64,000 bases of DNA, taken from positions 101,955-165,954 of the forward strand of contig MFPR01000028.1 in NCBI GenBank assembly GCA_001784175.1. Reading direction: 5' to 3'. Below, piece by piece: positions 38,774 to 47,399 of the stretch. Below the pieces are notes generated by a model. It saw only the letters and a program-made list of their open reading frames with translations, was not told the DNA's origin and made no database searches. The position numbers and the translations under genes are program-made. This DNA is from Candidatus Lindowbacteria bacterium RIFCSPLOWO2_12_FULL_62_27. Its GTDB lineage: Bacteria; Lindowbacteria; 2-12-FULL-62-27. Numbering within the stretch: position 1 is the first letter of the stretch; each line of letters begins with the position of its first letter.

Positions 38774-39202
38774 TCAAATCTCACCTCCGTCCCGGAATGA
38801 ATTCGATAGACTAAGGTTTTCATCGTATTCGTTGCCGTCGACCGTTCGTCCAGCCTTAATGAACGGAAACAGATTTGTGGCGAAGACATCATCGAGATTC
38901 AGATGGTATGTCAACCCCAATAAAGCTTTTAGATAATAGTTGGTTTGCCTGGTCGGTGTATATCCTAAGATTTTACTCGGCTCGTTTCTGTATGCCTGTT
39001 TTCGTCGCATGTCGTCGGTTGACGTCCAATCTTGCAAGACAATCACAATCGGAGAATATTCATTGTGAGCAGATTTTGTGTATGGCGATACGAACTTTGA
39101 ATCCCAAAATCCATTTCGGAAATAATGAAAATTAAAATACCGCCTGTCATCGGCATTTGGGGCATTTCTTCGTTTTCTCCCAATCGCCAAAATTTTCTTC
39201 AT
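38774..39202 (-). pseudogene. Probably truncated uracil-DNA-glycosylase-like protein (AT-rich)
   Basis: IVIVLQDW, TN..L..LL, FATNLFPFIK, then abrupt loss of the pattern. Confidence 0.5.
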
Positions 39203-39301
39203 TACGGGTACGGTGACGGGTACGGTGGGGTACGGTGTCAGGCATACGTTTATTTGTTTTCCAGGCTGGACTTTCACCGGATGGTCATCATCATCAACAC
39301 G

Positions 39302-39547
39302 TCAGAGGCGACGGCGGGCGGTTTCCAGCGCCTGCAGGTGGTCGTCGTAGCTGATGGGCGCGGGGATGCCGAAGAGGGCCAGAAAATCGATGGTTTCGCT
39401 GAGGGACATGCCAAGGGTTTGGCTGAGGGTCGCGATCGAGGCGTTTCCTTCCCGGTGGGCGAGAAGCATCTTGAACTTCTGGCCATCGGTCATAAGTTCC
39501 GGCGCCATTCCGGATGTTTCCACGTCATCCTCTTCGCTATTCATCAA
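39302..39547 (-). CDS. UPF0175-like small protein (antitoxin-like)
   Basis: EGNASIATLSQTLGMSLSETIDFLALFGIP HTH-like pattern. Confidence 0.55.
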   Translation of the reverse strand: MMNSEEDDVETSGMAPELMTDGQKFKMLLAHREGNASIATLSQTLGMSLSETIDFLALFGIPAPISYDDHLQALETARRRL

Positions 39548-39553
39548 GGCGGG

Positions 39554-39751
39554 CTAGGCGACCTTGCGGGCGAGAAGTTCGCGGACGTCCGGGACCAAAT
39601 GCTTGGGGATCTCCATCACCGCCGCATCCGCTCGTGAAAACGCGATATCGTCCTCCGCGGCGGCGGCTTCGTCACTTTGCGTTTCGTAGTGGCGCAGTAC
39701 TTTCTTGACCCGTTGCTCATTCCATCCGGCCGGAAACTTATTTTTTCCCAT
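39554..39751 (-). CDS. Small probable antitoxin
   Basis: FPAGWNEQRVKKVLRHYETQSDEAAAAEDD...VPDVRELLA; coupled to the upstream toxin remnant. Confidence 0.7.
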   Translation of the reverse strand: MGKNKFPAGWNEQRVKKVLRHYETQSDEAAAAEDDIAFSRADAAVMEIPKHLVPDVRELLARKVA

Positions 39752-39929
39752 ATCTTTTTTTCATCCTCCGCCTGAACGCTTTTAACGGCGCGTCCGTCAG
39801 TTGAAACGCCGTGATCACAAAAATGTGCTCGTCGGGTTCCGGGACGTAAATCACCTTCAACAAGCGACCCGCCCCTGTCCTTGCAATAGCCACACGCGAG
39901 TCGTCCCGGGCGGTTCGGTCCTCGAATTT
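39738..39929 (-). pseudogene. 5'-truncated BrnT/DUF4258-like toxin
   Basis: EDRTARDDSRVAIARTGAGRLLKVIYVPEPDEHIFVITAF; in-frame stop at 39930-39932 directly upstream. Confidence 0.65.
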
Positions 39930-39981
39930 TCACTTGAATAATATCACATAAATCAATTCGCGGCAAAAGCGAAAAGTTTGC

Positions 39982-40331
39982 TCACGTCACTTCCGGCCGT
40001 TTGACATCCACGAGGCGCGTCAGATCAAACCCCGCCTTGAGCGCCCTCATCACAATCCGCGCGCAGTCCGTCGCGTCCGACAGCGCGTTGTGATGGTTCA
40101 GCCGGATCCGAATCTGCGGCACACATCGGGCAGCTTCGTCGGCCGGATGTCCCACGTGCGCCGGGCCAGTTTCACCGTGCAGAGAAACGGCTTGGCAGGC
40201 GTGCGGCGCCCGGCCATCTCACAGCACGCGCGCAGGACCGCCCGGTCGAACGACGCGTTGTGCGCCGCGATGAAATCTATGTCCTTGATCAGCCCCTGTA
40301 AGTCCGTCCAGACATTCCCAAATGCCGGCTT
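39982..40331 (-). pseudogene. Central/3' fragment of a DEDDh exonuclease, frameshifted
   Basis: FIAAHNASFDRAVL, FLCTVKLAR, HHNALSDA; 1-nt deletion relative to the other two copies near 40110. Confidence 0.85.
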
Positions 40332-40473
40332 GTGATGTCAGTATTCACGATCTGTGAAGGATGTGACCCCTCGCGCGAACCGGAACAAGAAACTGTAATA
40401 CTGCGGTCTGCTACTGAAGACACTTTCGATCTCTGATCTTTCAAAGTTTCAACCTACGGCCCCCATATCCTTA

Positions 40474-40803
40474 CTACGCCGCCGCGGTTGCCAAGCGTTG
40501 GTTCACAAGCCGCCAGAAAGTGGTTACGGATTTTGGCCGATCATCAAAGAAATCTTCAAAAAAACCCGGATTGTTGAATGGGGGCGGATACGCGTAGCGC
40601 TCGCCATCGTCGCCTAATTCGGTGATCCAATTCGCCGGTTCACGTGTGTCAATGATTTCAAAAAGGCGGGCTGGGTAAAGATATGGCCGGCCGTGATCGT
40701 TCAGGATCCGGTAATCGTCAGCCTCGATCCCGATGACCACATAGCGTTGCCCTGCCGTCAGGTCCGGGTATCGCCTGCTTTTGCGCCGTAGCCGAATAAT
40801 CAT
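40474..40803 (-). CDS. Hypothetical protein
   Basis: LTAGQRYVVIGIEADDYRILNDHGRPYLYP...GFFEDFFD. Confidence 0.7.
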   Translation of the reverse strand: MIIRLRRKSRRYPDLTAGQRYVVIGIEADDYRILNDHGRPYLYPARLFEIIDTREPANWITELGDDGERYAYPPPFNNPGFFEDFFDDRPKSVTTFWRLVNQRLATAAA

Positions 40804-41036
40804 CGTCTGTTCACTCTCTTGCGCTTCCGTTCAACCCGGCTCATGCCGGGATAGGGTTCGGGATGAGTTGGATCTGCGGACAGGGCCTGATGGAAAGATT
40901 TGACGGCCTGATCGATGCGGCCGGCCCGTAGGTGGATGCCGCCCTGCATGAGCGGGACGTAGCAGGCGAGGGTTGCGCGATAGTCAGCGGGGCGGCCACG
41001 TTTTTTCACGATGTCGTCAATTGTGTCTCCGGGCAT
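40800..41036 (-). pseudogene. Short ORF with a single TPR-like remnant
   Basis: GGAGG RBS; GRIDQAVKSFHQALSADPTHPEPY. Confidence 0.4.
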
Positions 41037-41329
41037 TTTGTTCCTCCATTTGAGTCTGTCACCATCCTTTCGCTTGAGATTTATCTGAACGCATTCGTCA
41101 GCGTCAAGCGTTCCGGTTCGGGAACCGGATTCGAAACCGACCATTGAGGCTCGAAAAATCGAATTGCAAAGCCGTGAACGGAAACGTGCCCCTGCCCGAA
41201 ATGCTCTTTCCGGGCACGTTCAGGTTCACGGGAGGTGGATTGATGACAGACCCTCTCGCATGAGATAGTTCGCGGTATGCTCGAAATTGAATATGAAAAG
41301 GAATGTGCGCCGCAACGGAGGTGAATCGG

Positions 41330-41650
41330 ATGGCCGGAAAGAAACAGAAGTCGCAGGCGTGGATCGACGCTCGCAGGCGATTCCGCCTGACTCACGCCCA
41401 GGTGCAGATGGCTCGCGAGCTGGGGATGAATCCGGGCAAGCTCGGCAAATTGGACAACCACGACCAGGAACCGTGGAAGATGCCACTACCGCTGTACATT
41501 GAGCGCCTCTACTTGAAGCGGTTCGGCAGGGAACAACCGAATGTGGTTCTGTCGATCGAGGAGAAAGTCCGCCGCGCCGAGGAGAAGCAGGCCCTAAAGC
41601 GCGAGGCGAAGGCGCTGCGCCGGCAGACCGAGATGGAGGAGTGTAAGTGA
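41330..41650 (+). CDS. Hypothetical protein
   Basis: AWIDARRRFRLTHAQVQMARELGMNP...EPWKMPLP; GGAGGTG RBS. Confidence 0.75.
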   Translation: MAGKKQKSQAWIDARRRFRLTHAQVQMARELGMNPGKLGKLDNHDQEPWKMPLPLYIERLYLKRFGREQPNVVLSIEEKVRRAEEKQALKREAKALRRQTEMEECK

Positions 41651-42204
41651 ATCCAGTAAGACGGAAAATCCTTCTCGTCGGCGTGAGTTGCGTGGGCAAG
41701 ACCACGATCGGCCGGCTGCTTGCCGGACGGCTTGGCCTGCCGTTTTTTGACTTGGGGGAAGAAATCGAGCGGTATTTCGAAACATCCATTGAGCGGCTGC
41801 AATCCCGATTGCTGACCGGCTACTCGTACCGGAAGGAGACTGCCGTCGTCCTGAAACACATCCTTGCGGAGAACGACAACTGTGTGATCGCGCTTGCGCC
41901 AAGTGGCCTTCGGGACGCGTACCTGCGCGTGATCAAAACAGTGGACTGCGTCACCGTCGCCATTGATGACAAGCCCGAAAACATCCTGCAGAGGATCACC
42001 TTCTATGACATCGACTCCCGGCTGATCGAAAAGCGCCTGACCCCCAAGGAAAAGAATTTCTATCTAGAGGATATCAGAAAAGACATCAATTTCTTTAAAC
42101 GATCCTACCGGCGGGCCGACCTGCACGCAGACATCAACGGTCTTGACGCGCAGGCCGGCGCAGAGAAGATTGCAGGGCTGTTGGCCCCTTTTGTCGAAAG
42201 ATGA
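41647..42204 (+). CDS. Shikimate-kinase-like P-loop kinase
   Basis: LVGVSCVGKTTIGRLLAGRLGLPFFDL. Confidence 0.75.
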   Translation: MNPVRRKILLVGVSCVGKTTIGRLLAGRLGLPFFDLGEEIERYFETSIERLQSRLLTGYSYRKETAVVLKHILAENDNCVIALAPSGLRDAYLRVIKTVDCVTVAIDDKPENILQRITFYDIDSRLIEKRLTPKEKNFYLEDIRKDINFFKRSYRRADLHADINGLDAQAGAEKIAGLLAPFVER

Positions 42205-42255
42205 CCCCGGCACTTCCGGAGTGTCAAAGGTATTTTTGCCTGGAAAGGGGAAGGC

Positions 42256-42660
42256 TCAGGTCAACCAATTTTCCGTTTTGAGTCCTGAAATGCGGGAGAA
42301 ATGCCGGATGTTGCCGGTCACGAGAGTCAGGCGATGGAGGACGGCGGTGGCGCCGATCAGGCTGTCGGCAAGTCCGATGGGGATGCCGCGGTTGTCGAGC
42401 GAAGCCATGAGATCCGCGGCCGCCACGGCGACGGTCGAATCCACCGGAAGGCTCTGCATCTGAGAGATGATTTTCCTCTCGATTTTTTCGAATATCCCAG
42501 GAGGCGCCGCTTTGCGCTGCGAGCCGCGGCGAAGTTCCAGCAACGTCACCACCGAAATGAAGCGCTCCGATTTCGACGTTGCCGCCATCCGGTCAACCAG
42601 GGACTGAGGCGTGTCGACACGAACGAGGGCGCTGACCGCATCGGTATCAAACAGATACAT
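42256..42660 (-). CDS. vapC: VapC family PIN toxin
   Basis: YLFDTD, ISVVTLLEL, DSLIGATA, LVTGNIRHFSRI. Confidence 0.92.
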   Translation of the reverse strand: MYLFDTDAVSALVRVDTPQSLVDRMAATSKSERFISVVTLLELRRGSQRKAAPPGIFEKIERKIISQMQSLPVDSTVAVAAADLMASLDNRGIPIGLADSLIGATAVLHRLTLVTGNIRHFSRISGLKTENWLT

Positions 42661-43153
42661 GAGGGCCTAAAAGCGCACGGCCCGCGTCTTGTCTTTGCGG
42701 CGGCCCGACACAATCGAATTCATCGTCCGAAAAAATGGATGCCCCGATGCCAGCCAGCCTTTCCAGTCCCTCGGCCATCGCTCATCTTCCGCCCGGATCA
42801 ACTTAGCGACCGGCCGGCCGCGGCGCGTGATTAGAAATTCCTCGCGACCATACGCCACCCTTCCGAGTAGAGCCGACAACCGCTTCTTGGCCTCCGCTAC
42901 GCTGATCGACACCATGGGTCACATCCTCCTTTATAGGTCATTATGACCATTATAGGCCATATCTCCTGCGGCGTCAAATTCATCGATCCGGCGCATTGTC
43001 CGTCCACTTCGCCTTTTTGGCGTCCACGAGGCGCATCGGATCGATTCCCGCCTTGACCGCCCTCATCACAATCCGCGCGCAGGCGGTGGCGTCCGACAGC
43101 GCGTTGTGATGCTGCAGCCGGATCAGGAATCTGCGGCACACATCGGGCAACTT
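42556..43153. repeat. ~598-bp duplication, copy 2
   Basis: See 37330-37927. Confidence 0.92.
42667..42915 (-). CDS. Phd/YefM family antitoxin, copy 2
   Basis: Differs from copy 1 at three residues. Confidence 0.9.
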   Translation of the reverse strand: MVSISVAEAKKRLSALLGRVAYGREEFLITRRGRPVAKLIRAEDERWPRDWKGWLASGHPFFRTMNSIVSGRRKDKTRAVRF

Positions 43154-43250
43154 CGTCGGCCGGATGTCCCACGCGCGCCGGGCCAGTTTCACCGTGCAGA
43201 GAAACGGCTTGGCCGATGCGCGGCGGCCGGATCAGCCGATGCTCTGTTTT
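42980..43250 (-). pseudogene. Internally deleted DEDDh exonuclease
   Basis: EHRLIRPPR joined out of frame to KPFLCTVKLARR...HHNALSDA. Confidence 0.8.
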
Positions 43251-43264
43251 TGTTCTGAGCGTCA

Positions 43265-43293
43265 TTGACACCGTGGTCACAGTTGTGGATAAT
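43265..43293 (+). promoter_or_regulatory. sigma70 promoter of the relE-phd pair
   Basis: TTGACA-N17-GATAAT, 6 nt before GTG. Confidence 0.7.
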
Positions 43294-43299
43294 ATTTTT

Positions 43300-43620
43300 G
43301 TGGGACGGTCAGTGACACGCGACTATCAGATGTCGGAAGATGCGAGAGCGCATTGGAAATTCTTCGATGTATTTGCCCGGCAGATAATTCTGGATGGCGT
43401 CGATGAACAGTTGGTCGATGATGACCCTCTTCGCGAGACGTATCACAAGGGACCGCTGAAACGGCCGGTCGGAGAGGCGAATCACAAGTTGGATATCCAA
43501 AAATGGCGCATTCTTTACAGCGTTGCAGTTGAAGAAACTCGGGTTATGTCGACGATCTATGTGGTCGGTGAAAAAATTCGAGAGAAACTCCACGTCATGG
43601 GAAAGGAATATCAGACATGA
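43300..43620 (+). CDS. RelE/ParE-like toxin
   Basis: ILDGVDEQL..DP, WRILYSV, IYVVGEK; ATGA-coupled to an antitoxin. Confidence 0.75.
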   Translation: MGRSVTRDYQMSEDARAHWKFFDVFARQIILDGVDEQLVDDDPLRETYHKGPLKRPVGEANHKLDIQKWRILYSVAVEETRVMSTIYVVGEKIREKLHVMGKEYQT

Positions 43621-43913
43621 GGACAGCGACGATTCGGGACGTCAAACAAAATTTAAGCCGCTATATCCGCAACATGGACAATCGCGCCATCGTCATAACG
43701 AAAAACGGAAAGCCGTGCGCCGGGTTGGTCAGACTGGAAAACAACGACTCGGATATTGACGACTTTCTCATGGCCAATGACAGAAAACTGGTCGAACTGG
43801 TACACAAAAGCGCGCGAAGCGGATTTGTATCGAGCGCGTCGCTCAAGCGGGAACTGGCCGCCGATCTGCGCCGCGCGCAACGCAATGACCGCAAACGCCG
43901 AATGTCGCAGTAA
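43617..43913 (+). CDS. Phd/YefM family antitoxin
   Basis: TIRDVKQNLSRYI...IVITKNGKPCAGL. Confidence 0.85.
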   Translation: MRTATIRDVKQNLSRYIRNMDNRAIVITKNGKPCAGLVRLENNDSDIDDFLMANDRKLVELVHKSARSGFVSSASLKRELAADLRRAQRNDRKRRMSQ

Positions 43914-44017
43914 ACTTTTCCTGATTCACGATTTCCCCACGCGGCCCGGAACAGGAAACCGGAATTCGGCGTACTGCTGCTGATGATGGCGGTTTCGATC
44001 ATCGATCTTTCAAATTT

Positions 44018-44665
44018 TCACACACGATCATCAGGTTTCCAGTTTTGCCTCATCGGTCCGACCATCCACACAACCAATTCTACGGGTATTTCGTATAACT
44101 TGCCCGCATCTATACGCACGCGACGAAATTGCAATTTAAACTTCCGCAGATACTCCTCCCATTTTCCTCCGGCTACCTCTATCATCTTATTCGGCACTTC
44201 ATATTTCTGAAAGCATTTACGAATCTTCGCCGCATGAGAAAATCTAATATAGCCGTCATATTTTCGTGGTATGGACTTTAAAGGAAGATTTGCAATCATG
44301 ATAAAGTAGAGTTCAGGTCTCGTATTCGAAAAATTCTTCATAATGTGGAAATCATCGATTAGTTTGTCTGGGTACCTGCCTACTTGTGTTATAATGCTGC
44401 ACGCCCCCATTTGGATCAGCGACACAGCTGGTTTTGCGGGTGTCTTTTTCAGTATCCCAATATCTATCTCTTCACCATGGCCCTCGTGTTTATAATCGCG
44501 TGCCACAAAATATTTGCCTCGAAGTTTCTGGTGAATTCCCCATGCCAATCGATCTCTCAAAGGTTCTTCAACTTTTCGAGTCAAGGCTAAATATGCAAGC
44601 TCGTCTTTGCCAAACAGCCGCCTTAGCCTGACAATCTCATTCCATATAACGTCGCTAATATTCAT
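44018..44665 (-). CDS. AT-rich hypothetical protein, PD-(D/E)xK-like fold possible
   Basis: KVEEPLRDRLAW, VARDY...IDIGIL...LIQMGA; GGGAGGA RBS. Confidence 0.6.
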   Translation of the reverse strand: MNISDVIWNEIVRLRRLFGKDELAYLALTRKVEEPLRDRLAWGIHQKLRGKYFVARDYKHEGHGEEIDIGILKKTPAKPAVSLIQMGACSIITQVGRYPDKLIDDFHIMKNFSNTRPELYFIMIANLPLKSIPRKYDGYIRFSHAAKIRKCFQKYEVPNKMIEVAGGKWEEYLRKFKLQFRRVRIDAGKLYEIPVELVVWMVGPMRQNWKPDDRV

Positions 44666-44911
44666 TAAAATATCCTCCCTAATTTTTTTCGGAACGTCCC
44701 GTTCCCCTTTCAAATCTTTCAATCCGACCTTTTAAGCGTATCACAAAAATTGTTCCACCACTTTCTGTCTTCCGGACACAGAACCGGGCCTCGTCCGGGT
44801 TGCCGAGAGCGAAAAACTGAAAAAGTTCCGCGCAGGCAGTAACCCTATCCGAGTCGCTGCCCGGCACTTCAACAGTAGCATATCAAAAAAACTCATCCGC
44901 AACTTCACGTA

Positions 44912-47326
44912 CTACACAAACGCCGGGCGCGGGTCGTCTAGGAAGGCGAGGCGGCCGCCGTAGGTGGGGGGGCGCGGCGGAGATTTGGAGATCGGGCGGA
45001 TGAAGAAGACTTCCGGTGAGAGACCGAAGCCTTCGGGAAGATCAGCCTCGGGCTGGCGCTCTGGGTCGGATGACGGGGCGGCGGGACGGCGGCGTTTTTC
45101 GGACTTGCCCATCGCGCGGCGGTAGTGGTCGAGACTTGCGGCGGCGCGGCGCTTGTCGCCTTGCATCTCGTAGGCGAGGGCCAAACCGCGGTGGGGTTCA
45201 GGCTGGAGATCGTCTTCGGCGAGGGCGTTGTAGAAATGGCGGATGGCGGACTGCGGCCGGGCGGCGCGAAGATCGATTCCGCCCAGAAGAAGCTCGGTGT
45301 AGCACGATAATTTACCTCTGAAATCTCCGGCGCGGCGTTGTTTGCGCTGCAGGTCGGCGCCGGCAAGAAGCACCCAGCCGAAATCGATTTTGCGGTCGAT
45401 GCGGTCGATGCGCCGCGCCATGCTGACGGCGCGGTCGATCTCGCGTTTGGCCACAGCTTCGTTGCCGCGAAAGATCTCGATATTGGCTTTCAACAGGCGA
45501 GCCGGGATGTAGTCGGGGTTGATTTTCAGACAGCGGTCCAAATACATCTCGGACTTGGCCGAGTCGCCCATCACCAGGTTTAGAATCGCGACGCGCCGCA
45601 GGTTCGTCGGGTTGGTCGGGTTCGCCATGCAGGCTTTCGTCATCCACTCAAGCGCGGTGTCCGGGCGGTTCATCGACAGATACACATCGGCGATCCGGCG
45701 GAGGAGGTAGACGTCGTGTTGATCATTCGCGTAGTTTTCCATGAGCCATCGGAGCGCGGTCTTGTACTGTTTGCGAAGAACAAAAATGTCCGATATCCAC
45801 TGGAGCGTGTATTCGTTTTTAGGGTTGATCCTGTACGCTCTCATCAAATATTTCAATGCGTCTTTGAGATTCCCCTTCCATCGGTAGATGTACGCCAGCC
45901 GCTGGAGGGTGAAGATATTGTCAGGAGCAATATCCAGCGCACGGTGCATCCATGCCAACGCATTCTTGTCGTCGTCCATCGCCTTGTACACATATGCGAT
46001 CTGGCGCATGGTCCAGACATCGCGCGGGCGCAGAGCCTGCGCGGCCTGCAGAAATTTCAGCGCCCCATCATATTTTTTCATCACGCGGCAGGCGTTGCCC
46101 AGCCACTGGATCGGCGTTGGGTTCCAGGGATCAAGGCTCCGCGCGCGCTTAAGGACGGCCATCGCATCAACCGGCCGGCCGGCGGAAAGCAGAGCCTCTC
46201 CGAGAATGGTCAGCGCATCGGCGTCAATCGGCCGGAGGCCGGCCTGTTTTTCGGCCAGATGCAGGGTCGCCTCGTGATCGATCCGTTTCATTTCCATGAT
46301 CGCCGACCGGTAGAGGTACGGGTCGGACGATTTTTCATTTCTGGCTTTCGCCACAAACGGCCCGGTCATATCCAATTCACCGCGGCGGCGGTGGAATTTC
46401 GCGATGAAAAGATTGGCGTAGAAGGCCGTTTCTTTTGAACCGGCGAGGTCGCGCAACATCGGCAGGGGATCGGCCTCTTTGGTAACCGCTCCGGTGAGAA
46501 GGCTCATCGCGTAGCCGAGTTTCCAGCCCCGTGTAAGCACATGCCTATTGGATTTTTCGAGGAAATATTCCCGCGCTTCCTTCATCCGGGTGGACATATT
46601 CATGGCTTTAAGGAAAAGCATCATCGCGGGCGCGTAGGGTCCATGCCGGTCGAGAAATTTCCGGAGTCTCGCCGATGCGCCCGCGAGATCCATGGCGTTA
46701 AACATTTTCACAGCCAGCCTGAAATCGATATGCTCGCACAAAATCTTTGCGGCGGGGCGTGCCGCGCTCCATTTCTGGTAAAGATCGAGAAGCATGTTTC
46801 GGCGGCCGAGGGGCCGTTGAGCCAAGGCTTGAAATGCGTCCCGCGCCAGAGGGTCGGCCGACTGCGCGTCCCGTTCCTGCCGCACGATCCGGCGGTCCGT
46901 CGGAATCAGGATGGGCGGGCCGAGCCGGGCGCGTTGAACCTCGCCGAGATCAACGGCCTCGCCGCCGCGGGCGATGAGCGCGGCAATCTGGTCCCGAACG
47001 GCGGAGCTGATGGCGCCTTCGTACCGGCAATTCACTTTTCGAAATGTTCGGCGCAGCATGGGCCAGCGGTTCCAGCATTGGACGGCGAACGGCCGGACGA
47101 GGCTGGATTCGGCGGAGGACACGAGGACATCGCGAGTGGCGGCGGAATCGAGGTCGAAACTGATTCCCGCGCACCAGAGGATGGGATCCCCGGGCAGAAT
47201 GTCGGATGATTCTCCCAGGACGGCAAAAAATGTCTCACTATTTTTCCCGCGCCGCGCCGACCAGATTTTCCCGGCGGCGAATCGGCCCGTTCCCAGCCCC
47301 AATAACATCAATAACAGCAGCATCAC
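44912..47326 (-). CDS. Large tetratricopeptide repeat protein with hydrophobic N-terminus
   Basis: Many 34-aa repeats (A..L.P......LG/IA); GTG start with GAAAGG RBS. Confidence 0.85.
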   Translation of the reverse strand: MMLLLLMLLGLGTGRFAAGKIWSARRGKNSETFFAVLGESSDILPGDPILWCAGISFDLDSAATRDVLVSSAESSLVRPFAVQCWNRWPMLRRTFRKVNCRYEGAISSAVRDQIAALIARGGEAVDLGEVQRARLGPPILIPTDRRIVRQERDAQSADPLARDAFQALAQRPLGRRNMLLDLYQKWSAARPAAKILCEHIDFRLAVKMFNAMDLAGASARLRKFLDRHGPYAPAMMLFLKAMNMSTRMKEAREYFLEKSNRHVLTRGWKLGYAMSLLTGAVTKEADPLPMLRDLAGSKETAFYANLFIAKFHRRRGELDMTGPFVAKARNEKSSDPYLYRSAIMEMKRIDHEATLHLAEKQAGLRPIDADALTILGEALLSAGRPVDAMAVLKRARSLDPWNPTPIQWLGNACRVMKKYDGALKFLQAAQALRPRDVWTMRQIAYVYKAMDDDKNALAWMHRALDIAPDNIFTLQRLAYIYRWKGNLKDALKYLMRAYRINPKNEYTLQWISDIFVLRKQYKTALRWLMENYANDQHDVYLLRRIADVYLSMNRPDTALEWMTKACMANPTNPTNLRRVAILNLVMGDSAKSEMYLDRCLKINPDYIPARLLKANIEIFRGNEAVAKREIDRAVSMARRIDRIDRKIDFGWVLLAGADLQRKQRRAGDFRGKLSCYTELLLGGIDLRAARPQSAIRHFYNALAEDDLQPEPHRGLALAYEMQGDKRRAAASLDHYRRAMGKSEKRRRPAAPSSDPERQPEADLPEGFGLSPEVFFIRPISKSPPRPPTYGGRLAFLDDPRPAFV

Positions 47327-47370
47327 ATCCTGCCTTTCACTCCGGCGCCCTACGCCTCATCGCATCTCAT

Positions 47371-47399
47371 ATAAATGCGGTCATGCCGGATTATTCCGG
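47371..47399 (-). promoter_or_regulatory. CCGGAA-N16-CATTTAT motif upstream of the TPR gene
   Basis: CCGGAA taatccggcatgaccg CATTTAT, overlapping the stop codon of the sigma-like gene. Confidence 0.7.

Noticed and set aside
39205-39238. Short tandem repeat GGGTACGGTG x3
   Set aside because: Too short, no spacers; not CRISPR and no function supportable
37321-44665. Integron cassette array
   Set aside because: No recognisable attC sites between the modules, and orientations are mixed
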